Shown: piece by piece, positions 19,423 to 29,010 of the stretch
Position numbering within the stretch: the first letter of the stretch is position 1
How the letters are laid out: each line of letters starts with the position of its first letter
DNA from: a virus
Taxonomy: Duplodnaviria > Caudoviricetes
DNA: 56,641 nucleotides
Virus record (IMG/VR): IMGVR_UViG_3300050143_000044
Location: 1-56,641 of that record
Strand: one strand, 5' to 3'
Notes under the pieces: model-generated
Database searches by the model: none
Seen by the model: only the letters and a program-made list of their open reading frames with translations
What the model was told of the DNA's origin: nothing
Program-made: the position numbers and the translations under genes

Positions 19423-19883
19423 ATGCAACAATCTCTCGAAACACCAGACCCAAATAAGTTCAATCCAACTATTGATGAATTTACCGTAAACATTGAAGGT
19501 GTCCTTACAGATCCTTTCACTACAAGCTATAACTGGCACACGGCTAATCTAATCCGAAATCAAGGTATGTCGAATTTAGGTTTTATCCTAAAGTCCCTAC
19601 GAAATGATCAAGTACAAACCTTGATGCAAATTGCTGATACAATCAGCACCCTTGATTCAAAGTCAGATGATTTCAAAAATATTGTAATGTTTACAATGCT
19701 TTGCATGCAAGCCGAAGGTCACTGCATGTTAGAATCAAATCTAGCTGCAAATATTCCCTTGGTTATCCTAGGAATTACTGTAGAATCTTTGGCTCGTAAG
19801 GTCTAGTAGAAGTTGACTATTCAAAGTTTAGTTTGGATTCAAATGAAAGTTTTGTGAAGACGAAGTATCCTTCGGCTGAGTAA
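19423..19883 (+). CDS. hypothetical protein; apparent missing G at ~19800 truncates the C-terminus
   Basis: ARK|GLVEVDYSKFSL...* continues in another frame. Confidence 0.6.
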
Positions 19884-19920
19884 GTAAGTAAGTAAGGTTA
19901 AAGATTAAGGAATAACACAA

Positions 19921-20337
19921 ATGAAGATCCACCTAGGTCCATACACTGATTCAGACGAACCCCGACTTGAATCCATTGAAATTCACAAGTACGATAGCTG
20001 GAATGCTTTTGAGACTATCGCCAAGGTAGCTTATCCGATCTTGGTTCAATTGAAAGCTACGAAGCAAGGCTACGCCTTGGTTTCTGCTGAAGATGCACCT
20101 GGGATTGCTCTAAAGCCTTCTGAAGTAGAGGGTGGTTATTCAGAAGCTCGCTGGGATTACGTTCTGGATGAAATCATCTGGACTATGAAAGAACTTGCTC
20201 AGAATGAACCAAGTGCTCCTTCTTATGATACAATGAATTCTAACCTAAATTGGTTGGAAGACCTCAAGGTTTACAACACAAGGATTCAAAAGGGTTGTGA
20301 GCTGTTCGGTAAGTATTTTCGTAACTTGTGGGATTAA
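19921..20337 (+). CDS. conserved phage hypothetical protein
   Basis: IHKYDSWN...RWDYVLDEI...FGKYFRNLWD pattern. Confidence 0.75.
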   Translation: MKIHLGPYTDSDEPRLESIEIHKYDSWNAFETIAKVAYPILVQLKATKQGYALVSAEDAPGIALKPSEVEGGYSEARWDYVLDEIIWTMKELAQNEPSAPSYDTMNSNLNWLEDLKVYNTRIQKGCELFGKYFRNLWD

Positions 20338-20540
20338 GGATAAGTATGAAAGGCGCAATTTTAATTTCTGTACTAATTACTACGTTAATCTTATTCGCAG
20401 TATTGTCAATGAATAGTACAGAAGATCGTTTTAAACAAATCTGCGACAAATCAGGTGGAACCACAGTCTGGGATGGTAGGCAGTACCAGTGTCTTCCTGC
20501 TGCTCAGGTTAAGTCCAAGTAATTTTAAAGGAAGTACAAT

Positions 20541-20732
20541 ATGGCACATGTGATTGGTGAATCAAAAGAGTTTGTAAAGCAATGTACTTGTCGAAATTGT
20601 GGTGCAGTTATTGAGTACAATCAGCAGGAAGTTAAGGAATATCACAGTTGGGACTACTCAGGTGGTGCCGATGGTAAAGAATGGGTTGATTGCCCTCGGT
20701 GCAGCAAAGAAGTTATTCTGAAGTCTTGGTAA
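20541..20732 (+). CDS. Zn-ribbon protein
   Basis: CRNC...CPRC. Confidence 0.7.
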   Translation: MAHVIGESKEFVKQCTCRNCGAVIEYNQQEVKEYHSWDYSGGADGKEWVDCPRCSKEVILKSW

Positions 20733-20754
20733 GTTAAACAAAAGGAAGTACAAT

Positions 20755-21009
20755 ATGCAAACAAGTAATCTAAACACAAATATTTCAAAAGAATCTCTAA
20801 TCCTAGCTGGACTAGAAGTAGTGATGATTCGTGGAGGTTTTACATCAGATGAAGAACCAATTACAGACAAGGATAAGTTTTCTGTTGTAGGGATTGATTG
20901 TGATGCAAATATCTGTTGTACAATTCTTTCAGACGCAAGCTTTGAAGAAGCTGCTGAAGCTGTAGGGCAGTACCGCGACAGCCGGTACGATTCTATTGAA
21001 ACAACATAA
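20755..21009 (+). CDS. hypothetical protein
   Basis: ORF with RBS. Confidence 0.65.
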   Translation: MQTSNLNTNISKESLILAGLEVVMIRGGFTSDEEPITDKDKFSVVGIDCDANICCTILSDASFEEAAEAVGQYRDSRYDSIETT

Positions 21010-21581
21010 GGAATTAAAATGAAAACATCAGGTGATACCTTAGTTTGGACTTGTGGTTTTACAATTACTTCAGGGTTGTGCTGGGGACTTCTATTTCCTT
21101 TGGCTTTTGCTTTTGGTGTCTGCGCAAGCCTTTGCTTTGTCACTTGTATGGTAGCTTTCTTTCAAGGTAATTAATATTCAACGATACACCAAGGAACACC
21201 TAGCTGAAGCTGAACCTCAAATAGGTTGGTACTGGTGCAAATGGACTAGGGAATCAACACCTACAATGGTTCGTGTCAGCAAATATTCACTTGACCAAGC
21301 TTTATGGGGTTTGAAATGCTACGTGATCCATGAAGGAAGAGATATTGGTTGGTTTTACTACCCTGATATTTCTCTACTTGGTCCGATTGAAATCCCTGAC
21401 TTCTAAACACAAACATAAATGAAATTCTCCACAGATAACTTCTCTGATACTACCTTCACCCTAGAACCTATGCGCAAGAAGCAAGGTGAAAGGGATTACA
21501 CCAAAGCTAAACCCAAGGGTAAGGACTCTTGGAAAGAGCAGCGCCGGAAAGAAGAACGAAATAAGAATAAGGAAGTTTCGC

Positions 21582-21833
21582 ATGACTGACGACTTCAAAA
21601 CTGCTGACGAAATTCTTGAAGCAAAAATTAAGTTTGCGAATATTACTGGAACAGAACCGAAGTTTGTCTATCTTGGTGATATTCAAAGTTATGGTGTTAA
21701 TTTTAAATGCTGGAGTATTGTCCTCAAAGAACTTAACCTAGACCGAAGGTTCGATTCTCGGGTTGAACACGACTACATCCTAGGAATGCGTGTAGTTCCA
21801 GTAAACATTAAAGATCATATTGCGGTAAGTTAA
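21582..21833 (+). CDS. hypothetical protein
   Basis: AAGGAAG RBS before ATG 21582. Confidence 0.6.
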   Translation: MTDDFKTADEILEAKIKFANITGTEPKFVYLGDIQSYGVNFKCWSIVLKELNLDRRFDSRVEHDYILGMRVVPVNIKDHIAVS

Positions 21834-21844
21834 ACCTTTGAAAT

Positions 21845-21872
21845 AACCCTAGCTTTTGCTAGGGTTTTCTTA
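21845..21872 (+). terminator. intrinsic terminator
   Basis: AACCCTAGC-TTTT-GCTAGGGTT followed by T-rich tail. Confidence 0.8.
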
Positions 21873-21926
21873 TTTGTGCTTTAGACTGTGATATGATCCT
21901 TGTATCAACTTAGATGAGGAAAACAA

Positions 21927-22369
21927 ATGCAAACACAAAAGTACATTGTCCCTGTCTCTACCGGAACAACCAAAGAAGGTATCAAGAATGATTGTGTGAT
22001 TCGTGCAATTGTCAATGCTACAGGTAAGCCTTATGAAGAAGTTGAAGCTTGGGCATTGAAGTTCACTGACTATAAGCTCAATTCGGTAGGATCAATGCAA
22101 TGGGTGTAGCTAGTATCTTTGCTAACTTCGGGATTGAATTTGTCGCTGCTGTTGGCGGTACAAAGACAGCAAGATGGTGGGATCGTTACTACCAAGGCAA
22201 GAAAACAACAGGTAGCACTGTAGGAAAGATGCTAGAATGCCTGGACTCAGGTACTTACATTGTGCATTTCAAGGGTCATGTGTTCTGTGTCAAGAACAAG
22301 CAGATCATTGATACGTACAGGATCAACAAGAATAGATACTGCACTGCTGTGTGGAAATGCTTGGGTTAA
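21927..22369 (+). pseudogene. conserved phage protein (NDCVIRA...GHVFCV...DT) split by an apparent indel near 22085
   Basis: ORF-track pieces 21927..22109 and 22100..22369 fuse if one base is added. Confidence 0.65.
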
Positions 22370-22448
22370 TTCTTGATTATTTTAGTCAAGAGCGTTTACC
22401 CTACAGGGCGACTTTCAACTTTCGACTTTCAGATCCAAACCTCAAAAG

Positions 22449-22477
22449 CTGGTAGTGATCAAGTTCACTTGTGAGCG
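22449..22477 (+). repeat. dispersed 29-nt element, copy 2
   Basis: CTGGTAGTGATCAAGTTCACTTGTGAGCG; 25/29 identical to 11882-11910. Confidence 0.85.
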
Positions 22478-22516
22478 CAGGAGTAGAATAACCCTATTGA
22501 ATCAGGAGCACCTCAA

Positions 22517-22699
22517 ATGTATATTTACAACGTAAAAGATTTGACAGATAATTTTCGAAGTACAACAGTAAAGAAGGAAGGTCTTTTCTTTACCAAGTTG
22601 AAGTCAGCAATGGATTTTCGTGATAAAATCATTAACAGCCAAGTTACGAAACACCCGAACTTAGTTTTAATTGATACAGTCTATGTGGAGGAAGCTTAA
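22517..22699 (+). CDS. hypothetical protein
   Basis: AGGAG RBS. Confidence 0.6.
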   Translation: MYIYNVKDLTDNFRSTTVKKEGLFFTKLKSAMDFRDKIINSQVTKHPNLVLIDTVYVEEA

Positions 22700-22968
22700 T
22701 GTCATCTAAATTCAAAATCGGTGATAAGGTTCGTGAAATTGCAACGGGCGACGAAGGTACAATTGATGAAATATTTAGAGCATCTTGGGAGGAAACTCTT
22801 TGGTATGTTAAATGGACTTCAGGTGCAGACAAGGGTTGCCGACTGCACCTTTCTGAAAACAATATTGAACTTATTTCGAATCCTAAATCACCAACCGAAA
22901 TTACCTTCCAACAAGCTTTTGATACTTTGTTGGAACTCGGCTACAAAGTCACTCTGGAAAAGATTTAA
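22699..22968 (+). CDS. KOW/SH3-like small protein
   Basis: FKIGDKV N-terminus. Confidence 0.65.
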   Translation: MSSKFKIGDKVREIATGDEGTIDEIFRASWEETLWYVKWTSGADKGCRLHLSENNIELISNPKSPTEITFQQAFDTLLELGYKVTLEKI

Positions 22969-23014
22969 GGTCTTTTCTTTGGTATAATTTATTCATCAAC
23001 TTAAAGGAAACAAC

Positions 23015-23452
23015 ATGAATCAAAATACTCAAACTAATCAACAAATCGACTTTGCAAAGCCAGTGGAATTGATCTTTATTAAGAGTAATTCCGAATCAGA
23101 TGATTACAAGGTTCTTCAAGTAATCTTTCATGATTACCAAAATCCAATGTACAAGAACGCAGTTGTAATCAAGCATGATCACCAAATTTACTTGGTTGGA
23201 GTAAGCCAATATGGCTACTTCAGTAGTGATAACCGTATTTTCTATGAAAAGTACAAGCTTCAGAACAAGAAGGAAGTTATCAAGGAGACTTGGGTGAATC
23301 TTTACAAGGATGGTTTTACGGGTAAGGAAGGTCCAAGTAAAAGTTATGTTGATTCTAATGGGCTGCATTCTACAGATCGTTACGGTTACTACCTAACGAA
23401 GGAATTTTCCGATGGTTCTTTCACCAACGAAGTTATTTTGATTCAGGAATAA
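23015..23452 (+). CDS. hypothetical protein
   Basis: RBS; TGgTATAAT -10 upstream. Confidence 0.7.
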   Translation: MNQNTQTNQQIDFAKPVELIFIKSNSESDDYKVLQVIFHDYQNPMYKNAVVIKHDHQIYLVGVSQYGYFSSDNRIFYEKYKLQNKKEVIKETWVNLYKDGFTGKEGPSKSYVDSNGLHSTDRYGYYLTKEFSDGSFTNEVILIQE

Positions 23453-23467
23453 TTTAGGAAGCTACCA

Positions 23468-23857
23468 ATGATCTGCTCTGCAACTGCTCTCGCTTTCGGA
23501 ATGCATCTTAACTCTTGGCATTCCAAGTACAATACAACCTTTAACACATCGAACCCTGGTGCTTTTGTGCAGTACCAAGGGTACACAGCAGGAACTTATT
23601 ACAATTCCATGAAAAAGCAATCCTTGTATGCTGGTAAAATCTGGGATCTAGATGAAGGTTGTCGGTATGAAATCCAAGCCGGGATTGTCTCAGGCTATGC
23701 CACCAAAGTTCTACCTTATGTCGCTGCTTCTGTCAAGTTTGACTTGCAGGAAGTTCAGAAAGGATTGCATCTGAAAGTAACAGGGATTCCGTTGTATTCT
23801 TTCAACAAAAAGATTGAAGGAATTATTCTGGGTGCTAGCCTGATGTATGAATTCTGA
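23468..23857 (+). CDS. small outer-membrane beta-barrel-like protein, PagP-like
   Basis: SWH..N..NPG, GTYYNS, SLYAG and G.VSGY motifs; alternating hydrophobic strands; C-terminal YEF beta-signal. Confidence 0.55.
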   Translation: MICSATALAFGMHLNSWHSKYNTTFNTSNPGAFVQYQGYTAGTYYNSMKKQSLYAGKIWDLDEGCRYEIQAGIVSGYATKVLPYVAASVKFDLQEVQKGLHLKVTGIPLYSFNKKIEGIILGASLMYEF

Positions 23858-23894
23858 GTTATAATTCTTTCATTGAATCTCTAAAGGAACTGAC

Positions 23895-24497
23895 ATGAAA
23901 CACCAAAGCATCATCCAAAAGCGCAACCAAGTACCTTTCCCTGCTTTCATGGCAGAACGAGTGTACATGAAAGAATTTACAAAGAGCAAAGGTCTTCCTT
24001 CTGAGCTTTCTCGTTGGCAACCTACAGTAGATGCTATGCTTGAAGGTGTAGATACTGATGGCCCTATTTACATCATGATCGACCAGGGTGTAATCTCTGC
24101 TGGCGAATCTCACCGCAGGCCTGGAATGCATCTTGATGGTTATTGGTGTCCGGCTTCGCAATCTCATGGCGGAGGTAGGCATTTTACACAAGGTTCTTGG
24201 CGAGCCGGTAGTTGGGATACCTTGGATTTTTCTGAACCAGAAGCTATTATTCTTGCAAGTGACGTTCAAGCTTGTAAAGCTGTTGCCGGTGAATGGGAAG
24301 GTATCTGCTTAGAAGGTGGTGACTGCAAGCACATTGATACAAGTTCAATGCAAGAAATCATGCTCGAAGCTGGTGCAGCTTATGCTGGTAATGTTACAAT
24401 GCTGCATGAGTCAATTGCTCTGAAGCAGGATACAATGCGTTCATTGGTTCGGCTGAATGTTCCTGGTTGGTCACCTAAGAAAACAGTTCTGAACTAA
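23895..24497 (+). CDS. putative 2OG-Fe(II) oxygenase-fold protein
   Basis: RRPGMHLD (HxD), distal LHES, RSLVRL. Confidence 0.55.
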   Translation: MKHQSIIQKRNQVPFPAFMAERVYMKEFTKSKGLPSELSRWQPTVDAMLEGVDTDGPIYIMIDQGVISAGESHRRPGMHLDGYWCPASQSHGGGRHFTQGSWRAGSWDTLDFSEPEAIILASDVQACKAVAGEWEGICLEGGDCKHIDTSSMQEIMLEAGAAYAGNVTMLHESIALKQDTMRSLVRLNVPGWSPKKTVLN

Positions 24498-24550
24498 GAC
24501 CTTGTGAAATAGTCAAGTATTTCTAAGCTAACCTGAATCTCTGCTATACT
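24496..24550 (+). promoter_or_regulatory. promoter with conserved upstream box
   Basis: AAGACCTTGTGAAATAGTCAAGTATT, 23 nt, then TATACT preceded by TGc. Confidence 0.6.
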
Positions 24551-24578
24551 TCGTTTACCAAATCCAAAAGGAACTAAT

Positions 24579-24857
24579 ATGCAACTCCTTCCTGAGTATA
24601 AAATCAATGACAACAAGTACTTCAAGTTGCAGGAATTGATTTACGCACATTCTTATTTCTCTGTTTACCCTGATGAAGATGAAGGGTACTATGTATATGA
24701 AACTCCTGGTAAGTCAACAGAATATTTCAAGGGTCAAGAGTGGAATAGTTCTGTACCTCGTTTCCTGACCCAGGAGTACGCGGAACTTTGTTGTGAAATG
24801 TTCAAGCGACTTGATGATTGTTACAAAGAATCTGATGAATTTCTGAAGACTATCTAA
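24579..24857 (+). CDS. hypothetical protein
   Basis: ORF with RBS. Confidence 0.65.
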   Translation: MQLLPEYKINDNKYFKLQELIYAHSYFSVYPDEDEGYYVYETPGKSTEYFKGQEWNSSVPRFLTQEYAELCCEMFKRLDDCYKESDEFLKTI

Positions 24858-24901
24858 AACAATTATTGAACTTCAGCTATCAAACTTACAAAGGAACTCA
24901 T

Positions 24902-25387
24902 ATGACTCGCACTTGCACCCTCCTGAACTATCCTGGCTTTACCTTTACTCAAGACCAACTCTTGTCTTTTCAAGATCAAGGTGTAATGTTCGATGCTAAT
25001 ACATTCAAAGAAGTGCAAAACGGCAACCCGTACTATGGTCGCGGTTGGGAATTTAATTCTTTTCGAACCTTGAATTATTTTGTAGTCGAAACACCAGAAA
25101 ACAAATCTCTATTTGAAAAGCTTGCTGGTATTAACCAAGTCAATCAAAAGAAAACAAAACCAAGAGTTCATGCTGGTCTAATCAAAGCTTGGGCTGAGGA
25201 TGATTCTTTGGTGATTGAAATATCTGATGCATATGTGGACGAGTGGTATGAAACTACTTCACCACAATTTTACCCTGATCGCCAGTACCGCATCAAACCT
25301 TCAGTAGATCCTGAAGCAATTTCAAAGGGTATCTCCCAAGGTATCTTTACCTGCAAAGCTATGTTGGTTCTTTCAGAAGAGGTCTGA
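24902..25387 (+). CDS. hypothetical protein
   Basis: AAGGAA RBS before ATG 24902; PRVHAGLIKAWA...YRIKP motif. Confidence 0.7.
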   Translation: MTRTCTLLNYPGFTFTQDQLLSFQDQGVMFDANTFKEVQNGNPYYGRGWEFNSFRTLNYFVVETPENKSLFEKLAGINQVNQKKTKPRVHAGLIKAWAEDDSLVIEISDAYVDEWYETTSPQFYPDRQYRIKPSVDPEAISKGISQGIFTCKAMLVLSEEV

Positions 25388-25441
25388 ATAACCTTGTGAT
25401 TTACTCAGGATTGAACCATAGGTTCACTTTTGAGTTATACT
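25388..25441 (+). promoter_or_regulatory. promoter with conserved upstream box
   Basis: ATAACCTTGTGATTTACTCAGGATTG, 22 nt, then TATACT. Confidence 0.6.
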
Positions 25442-25472
25442 TCTCTTATCGAAACAAATTAAAGGAATTAAT

Positions 25473-26105
25473 ATGACAACACAAACACAATATAAATTGG
25501 AAGATTTCAAGGTTGGTCAAGAAGTTAAGGTTCTGGTTGGCCTTGGGAACTATATTTCAGATCATGCTTACTCTCGTCTTGGTCAGGTGGGTAAAATCAT
25601 TGAAATTGATTATCGTAACCCTTCTATCATGATAGAGTTTGAAACAAAACAAGGTAGTGATTTTCCGTGCAAGGATCGATGGTATCTTGCTGAAGAAATC
25701 CAACCTATTATTTTCACAAATGCACAACGACAAGAAGAAATCAATCGGCTTGAAGCTAAGGTTCAAACCTTGAATACTTCAATTGTTCAACTCAAGAAAG
25801 AAATCAAGGATAACCCAGAAAAGATCAAGGCTGAAGGTGGTGACAAGGTTCGGTTTAAGTACCGTAATCTTGACAATGGTAATTGGATTTACATGTACAT
25901 TATGACAAGCACTCAAGCTGAACAATTCGGTGGCCAGGGAGATATTGGTCAGAATTTTAGGTTTCAAGGCCCAGATGCTTCAAATAATGTAAATGTTGTA
26001 AACACAGGCGGTCATGACGCTTTTGAATTCTGCAAGAAGGGTGATTGTCAGTGGATTGGTAGTTCAAAAGTGGATTGGTCTGGTATCTTGACTAAGAGCA
26101 ACTGA
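25473..26105 (+). CDS. hypothetical protein with KOW-like N-terminus and coiled coil
   Basis: FKVGQEVK; RBS. Confidence 0.7.
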   Translation: MTTQTQYKLEDFKVGQEVKVLVGLGNYISDHAYSRLGQVGKIIEIDYRNPSIMIEFETKQGSDFPCKDRWYLAEEIQPIIFTNAQRQEEINRLEAKVQTLNTSIVQLKKEIKDNPEKIKAEGGDKVRFKYRNLDNGNWIYMYIMTSTQAEQFGGQGDIGQNFRFQGPDASNNVNVVNTGGHDAFEFCKKGDCQWIGSSKVDWSGILTKSN

Positions 26106-26484
26106 AATAAATAAAAAGCAAAGTATTTTACTAGGATTTGATTTCCAGGCAGTCAAAAGCTGGTACAATCTCTCATCATGTCAAGTAAAGGAACTTTCAT
26201 GAAAAACATCAACCTGCTGCCATTTGTCTTCATTGCTTTCTGCACTCTTCTCGGAGGTATCTTCGGAAGCTACCTAATTGGTGCTACAATCGGTACTGGT
26301 CTTGTGGTTCTGGCTACTGCTCTGCGGTGAGTACAATTAAAGCACTAAATGCACTAAATGCATACAGATACCAAAGGTAATCGTCTACCTTCTGCACCTC
26401 CAAGTTGGCCTTTTGGTAAGGTTGTACCGAAGCCTAAACCAATTGATGATGCTGAGTTCTGAAGTAAACTAAAGGAAGCACAAA

Positions 26485-26685
26485 ATGAAAATCCAAAAGA
26501 CTGAACCTACAAAAACTTTTCAACCAATTACAATTACAATTACAATTGAATCTGAAGAAGAATTGAAATCTATTAAAAAGATGGCAGGTTATAATGCAAC
26601 AATCTCAAGCTATTTTTCTGACTCTGATTCTGAAACTGTCAAAATTATCAACAAGTTTCTCACGGAACTCTACAGAGTTATCTGA
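26485..26685 (+). CDS. hypothetical protein
   Basis: ORF with RBS. Confidence 0.65.
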   Translation: MKIQKTEPTKTFQPITITITIESEEELKSIKKMAGYNATISSYFSDSDSETVKIINKFLTELYRVI

Positions 26686-26708
26686 AATAATTTTGTAGGA
26701 ATTCGAGT

Positions 26709-27263
26709 TTGATTATCCGAAAAGCTCTAGGTTGTATTCTGGTTTGCTTGCTGTTTTTCCTTGATTTACCGACAGTAAGTAACTCAGAATACAAACCCAG
26801 CCTAAAAGATCAAGAGTTCTTTGCTGCGATGAAATGCCTTAGTGACAATGCTTTCTTTGAAGCTAGGGGAACTTCCAAGCTGGACATGCAAGGTGTAACA
26901 GAAGTTGCAATCAATCGAAGTAATTCAGGGAAGTATCCCAGGAATATTTGCGAAGTAGTCTATCAAACTAAGCAATTCAGTTGGACTAATAAGGGTTATA
27001 CCAAAGCTCAAGACAAGCTCAGGAAGGCCCTCAGAAAGCCCCCAGAGGCCCTGGAATACAAACAGGCTACCCTGGTGGCTTATGAAGCTTTAAGTTCAAC
27101 AGAGAAGCGCCTGTTACCTTCTGAGGTGCTGTGGTATCACAGTCATAAAGTTAACCCTGTTTGGAATAGGGCGTTGGCGAAAGCCAAGGTAAACTGTAGT
27201 GCACTTCAGGTACTGAATCAGAACAAACCTTTGGTTCACATCTTTTGGTATCAACCCAACTAA
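26709..27263 (+). CDS. SleB-like cell wall hydrolase (Hydrolase_2)
   Basis: N-terminal hydrophobic anchor; CL..N.FFEARG, V.INR, CEVVYQ..QFSW, H.FWY. Confidence 0.85.
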   Translation: MIIRKALGCILVCLLFFLDLPTVSNSEYKPSLKDQEFFAAMKCLSDNAFFEARGTSKLDMQGVTEVAINRSNSGKYPRNICEVVYQTKQFSWTNKGYTKAQDKLRKALRKPPEALEYKQATLVAYEALSSTEKRLLPSEVLWYHSHKVNPVWNRALAKAKVNCSALQVLNQNKPLVHIFWYQPN

Positions 27264-27274
27264 AAGGAAATCAA

Positions 27275-27517
27275 ATGAACTCTAGCATTCAAGAAAACAA
27301 AGAAGTTCCTGCTTTTGAAGTAGGTCAAGAAGTCCGTATCATGGTTGATAAGTACGAATCTCATTGGAGTTCTTCTCATGAGCAGTTCCGTATAGGTGAA
27401 ATCGAAGAAATCAAGGATACTGGAAATGACGACTTTGCATTTGCTTACCAAGTAAAGATTGGAACTCTAGGTCAATGGCACCCTTTCAATGAGATTCAAC
27501 TCGTTAGTTTGACTTAA
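27275..27517 (+). CDS. KOW-like small protein
   Basis: FEVGQEVR; RBS. Confidence 0.65.
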   Translation: MNSSIQENKEVPAFEVGQEVRIMVDKYESHWSSSHEQFRIGEIEEIKDTGNDDFAFAYQVKIGTLGQWHPFNEIQLVSLT

Positions 27518-27660
27518 TATGAAAACCCTAGCTAGTATCCTATTCATGTACCTTGCTGGCTACAGCTTGGATAATTCTGTCAACCAAGGTTACAGTGCAT
27601 TGTTCTTTGGGCTTTCAGTTTACTTCTTTGTTTCGGATCATCTTAGTAGAAAATAAATCA

Positions 27661-27703
27661 GAAGCTTCCTGCCGGGTCATTCCTTCAGGGAGCTTTTTGC
27701 TTT
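27661..27703 (+). terminator. probable intrinsic terminator
   Basis: GAAGCTTCCTG...CAGGGAGCTTT followed by T-run. Confidence 0.65.
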
Positions 27704-27856
27704 TCAAACCTAATCTTCCGTTGCACTTTAAATTCCTGATGGAATTTTCAAAAAGCCATTGAATTCAAAAAATAGGGTAACCTGACTTTTTCTGGCAGGA
27801 ATTCATTTGAAAAGATGGAAAGAGCTTAAACCTGGATTCTCGATGGAAATTTCTGG

Positions 27857-27909
27857 TGCGTTGCTCATTCTGCGTTGCTCATTCTGCGTTGCTCATTCTG
27901 CGTTGCTCA
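27857..27909 (+). repeat. 14-bp tandem repeat (TGCGTTGCTCATTC) x3.8
   Basis: exact units read directly. Confidence 0.95.
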
Positions 27910-28308
27910 ATTATGGTTAAATGCTTTACGCCAAATGCTTATCATTAAACACTGGTTAGTCTCTAGAACAAAATCCAAGCACAAAAATCCAAGCACGTCA
28001 AGCAGGATTTAGTAACCCTTGAGTTTAGTCAAGTATCCATTGACATTCAGTCTTGATTATGTTAGATGGAAACCCTACAATTTAGTCAAGTACTCCAACA
28101 AAGCAAAACCTAGACCAGGGTTATAAGGGTTTCTACTGGGTTTCGTTAGTCCTAGGGTTTACCCCTTGAATGCAAGGCGTTATCCTGGAATGCACCAAAG
28201 TGGTGAAAGCTCAGGAAGGCCCTTAGAAAGCCCTCAGAGCGATTATTTTCAATGATGATACCCTGGCACCTAAAAATATAGTTCGTTGAACCTAGAGCTT
28301 TTCACAGG

Positions 28309-28351
28309 TTATCCACACCAGTTCTCACAGGTAAAACGGGAGTTATCCACA
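28309..28351 (+). promoter_or_regulatory. two perfect DnaA boxes (TTATCCACA)
   Basis: 28309-28317 and 28343-28351, plus near-matches at ~28298 and ~28321. Confidence 0.7.
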
Positions 28352-28551
28352 GCCAACAAAATAAAGACCCTGGTGTTGACAAGGGATTACGAAGCATAGT
28401 AGTTCGTGCATGACGCGGACTAGAACTATAAGAAAGCAGACGGAATAACCCTATTCTCGAAATGGTAGGGTTTGTCCTAGGTTGGCAAGCCCTGGAAACG
28501 TCTATACAGTTGAACCCATCGAATCAGCAAACGCAAACAGAAGGCACCAAA

Positions 28552-28797
28552 ATGACTTACAATTTCAAACTCAAGTACAAGTCCGATAAGGGTCACGAGT
28601 TCGGCATTGACCCAAAAGCAAAGTATGGTTTTTGGGAGCGCATCAACGGTGAAGAAGGTGGTGGTCTTTGGTTTGAACGCTCAGAAAATGCCGCGCTTGA
28701 GCTGGTTGACTACGATGGGTGCTCATGTCTGAGTCAGAGCATCGTGGACAAACTGCGAGAGAATGGTTACATTGTCGATGAAAGCTTCGACGTTTAA
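28552..28797 (+). CDS. early hypothetical protein
   Basis: GAAGG RBS; GLWF...LVDYDG motif. Confidence 0.7.
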   Translation: MTYNFKLKYKSDKGHEFGIDPKAKYGFWERINGEEGGGLWFERSENAALELVDYDGCSCLSQSIVDKLRENGYIVDESFDV

Positions 28798-29010
28798 GGG
28801 TTAGCACCTAACCCGCCAGCAAAATGGCGGGTTAGAATAAAACCTCAGAAAGCAAACAAGGTGAAACATGCCTGACATCTACTTGATTCAAGACGTTATC
28901 CGTCGGTTTTATATAGACAGCGTCCCGATGTATTTCCGTGGAGAATGCACGCACCATGTGCATCAACAATTTAACCTCACCATGACCTTGTGGTCAATTG
29001 AAAGTCAAAC

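Noticed and set aside
27857-27909. CRISPR-like array
   Set aside because: Contiguous 14-bp units without spacers; no cas genes
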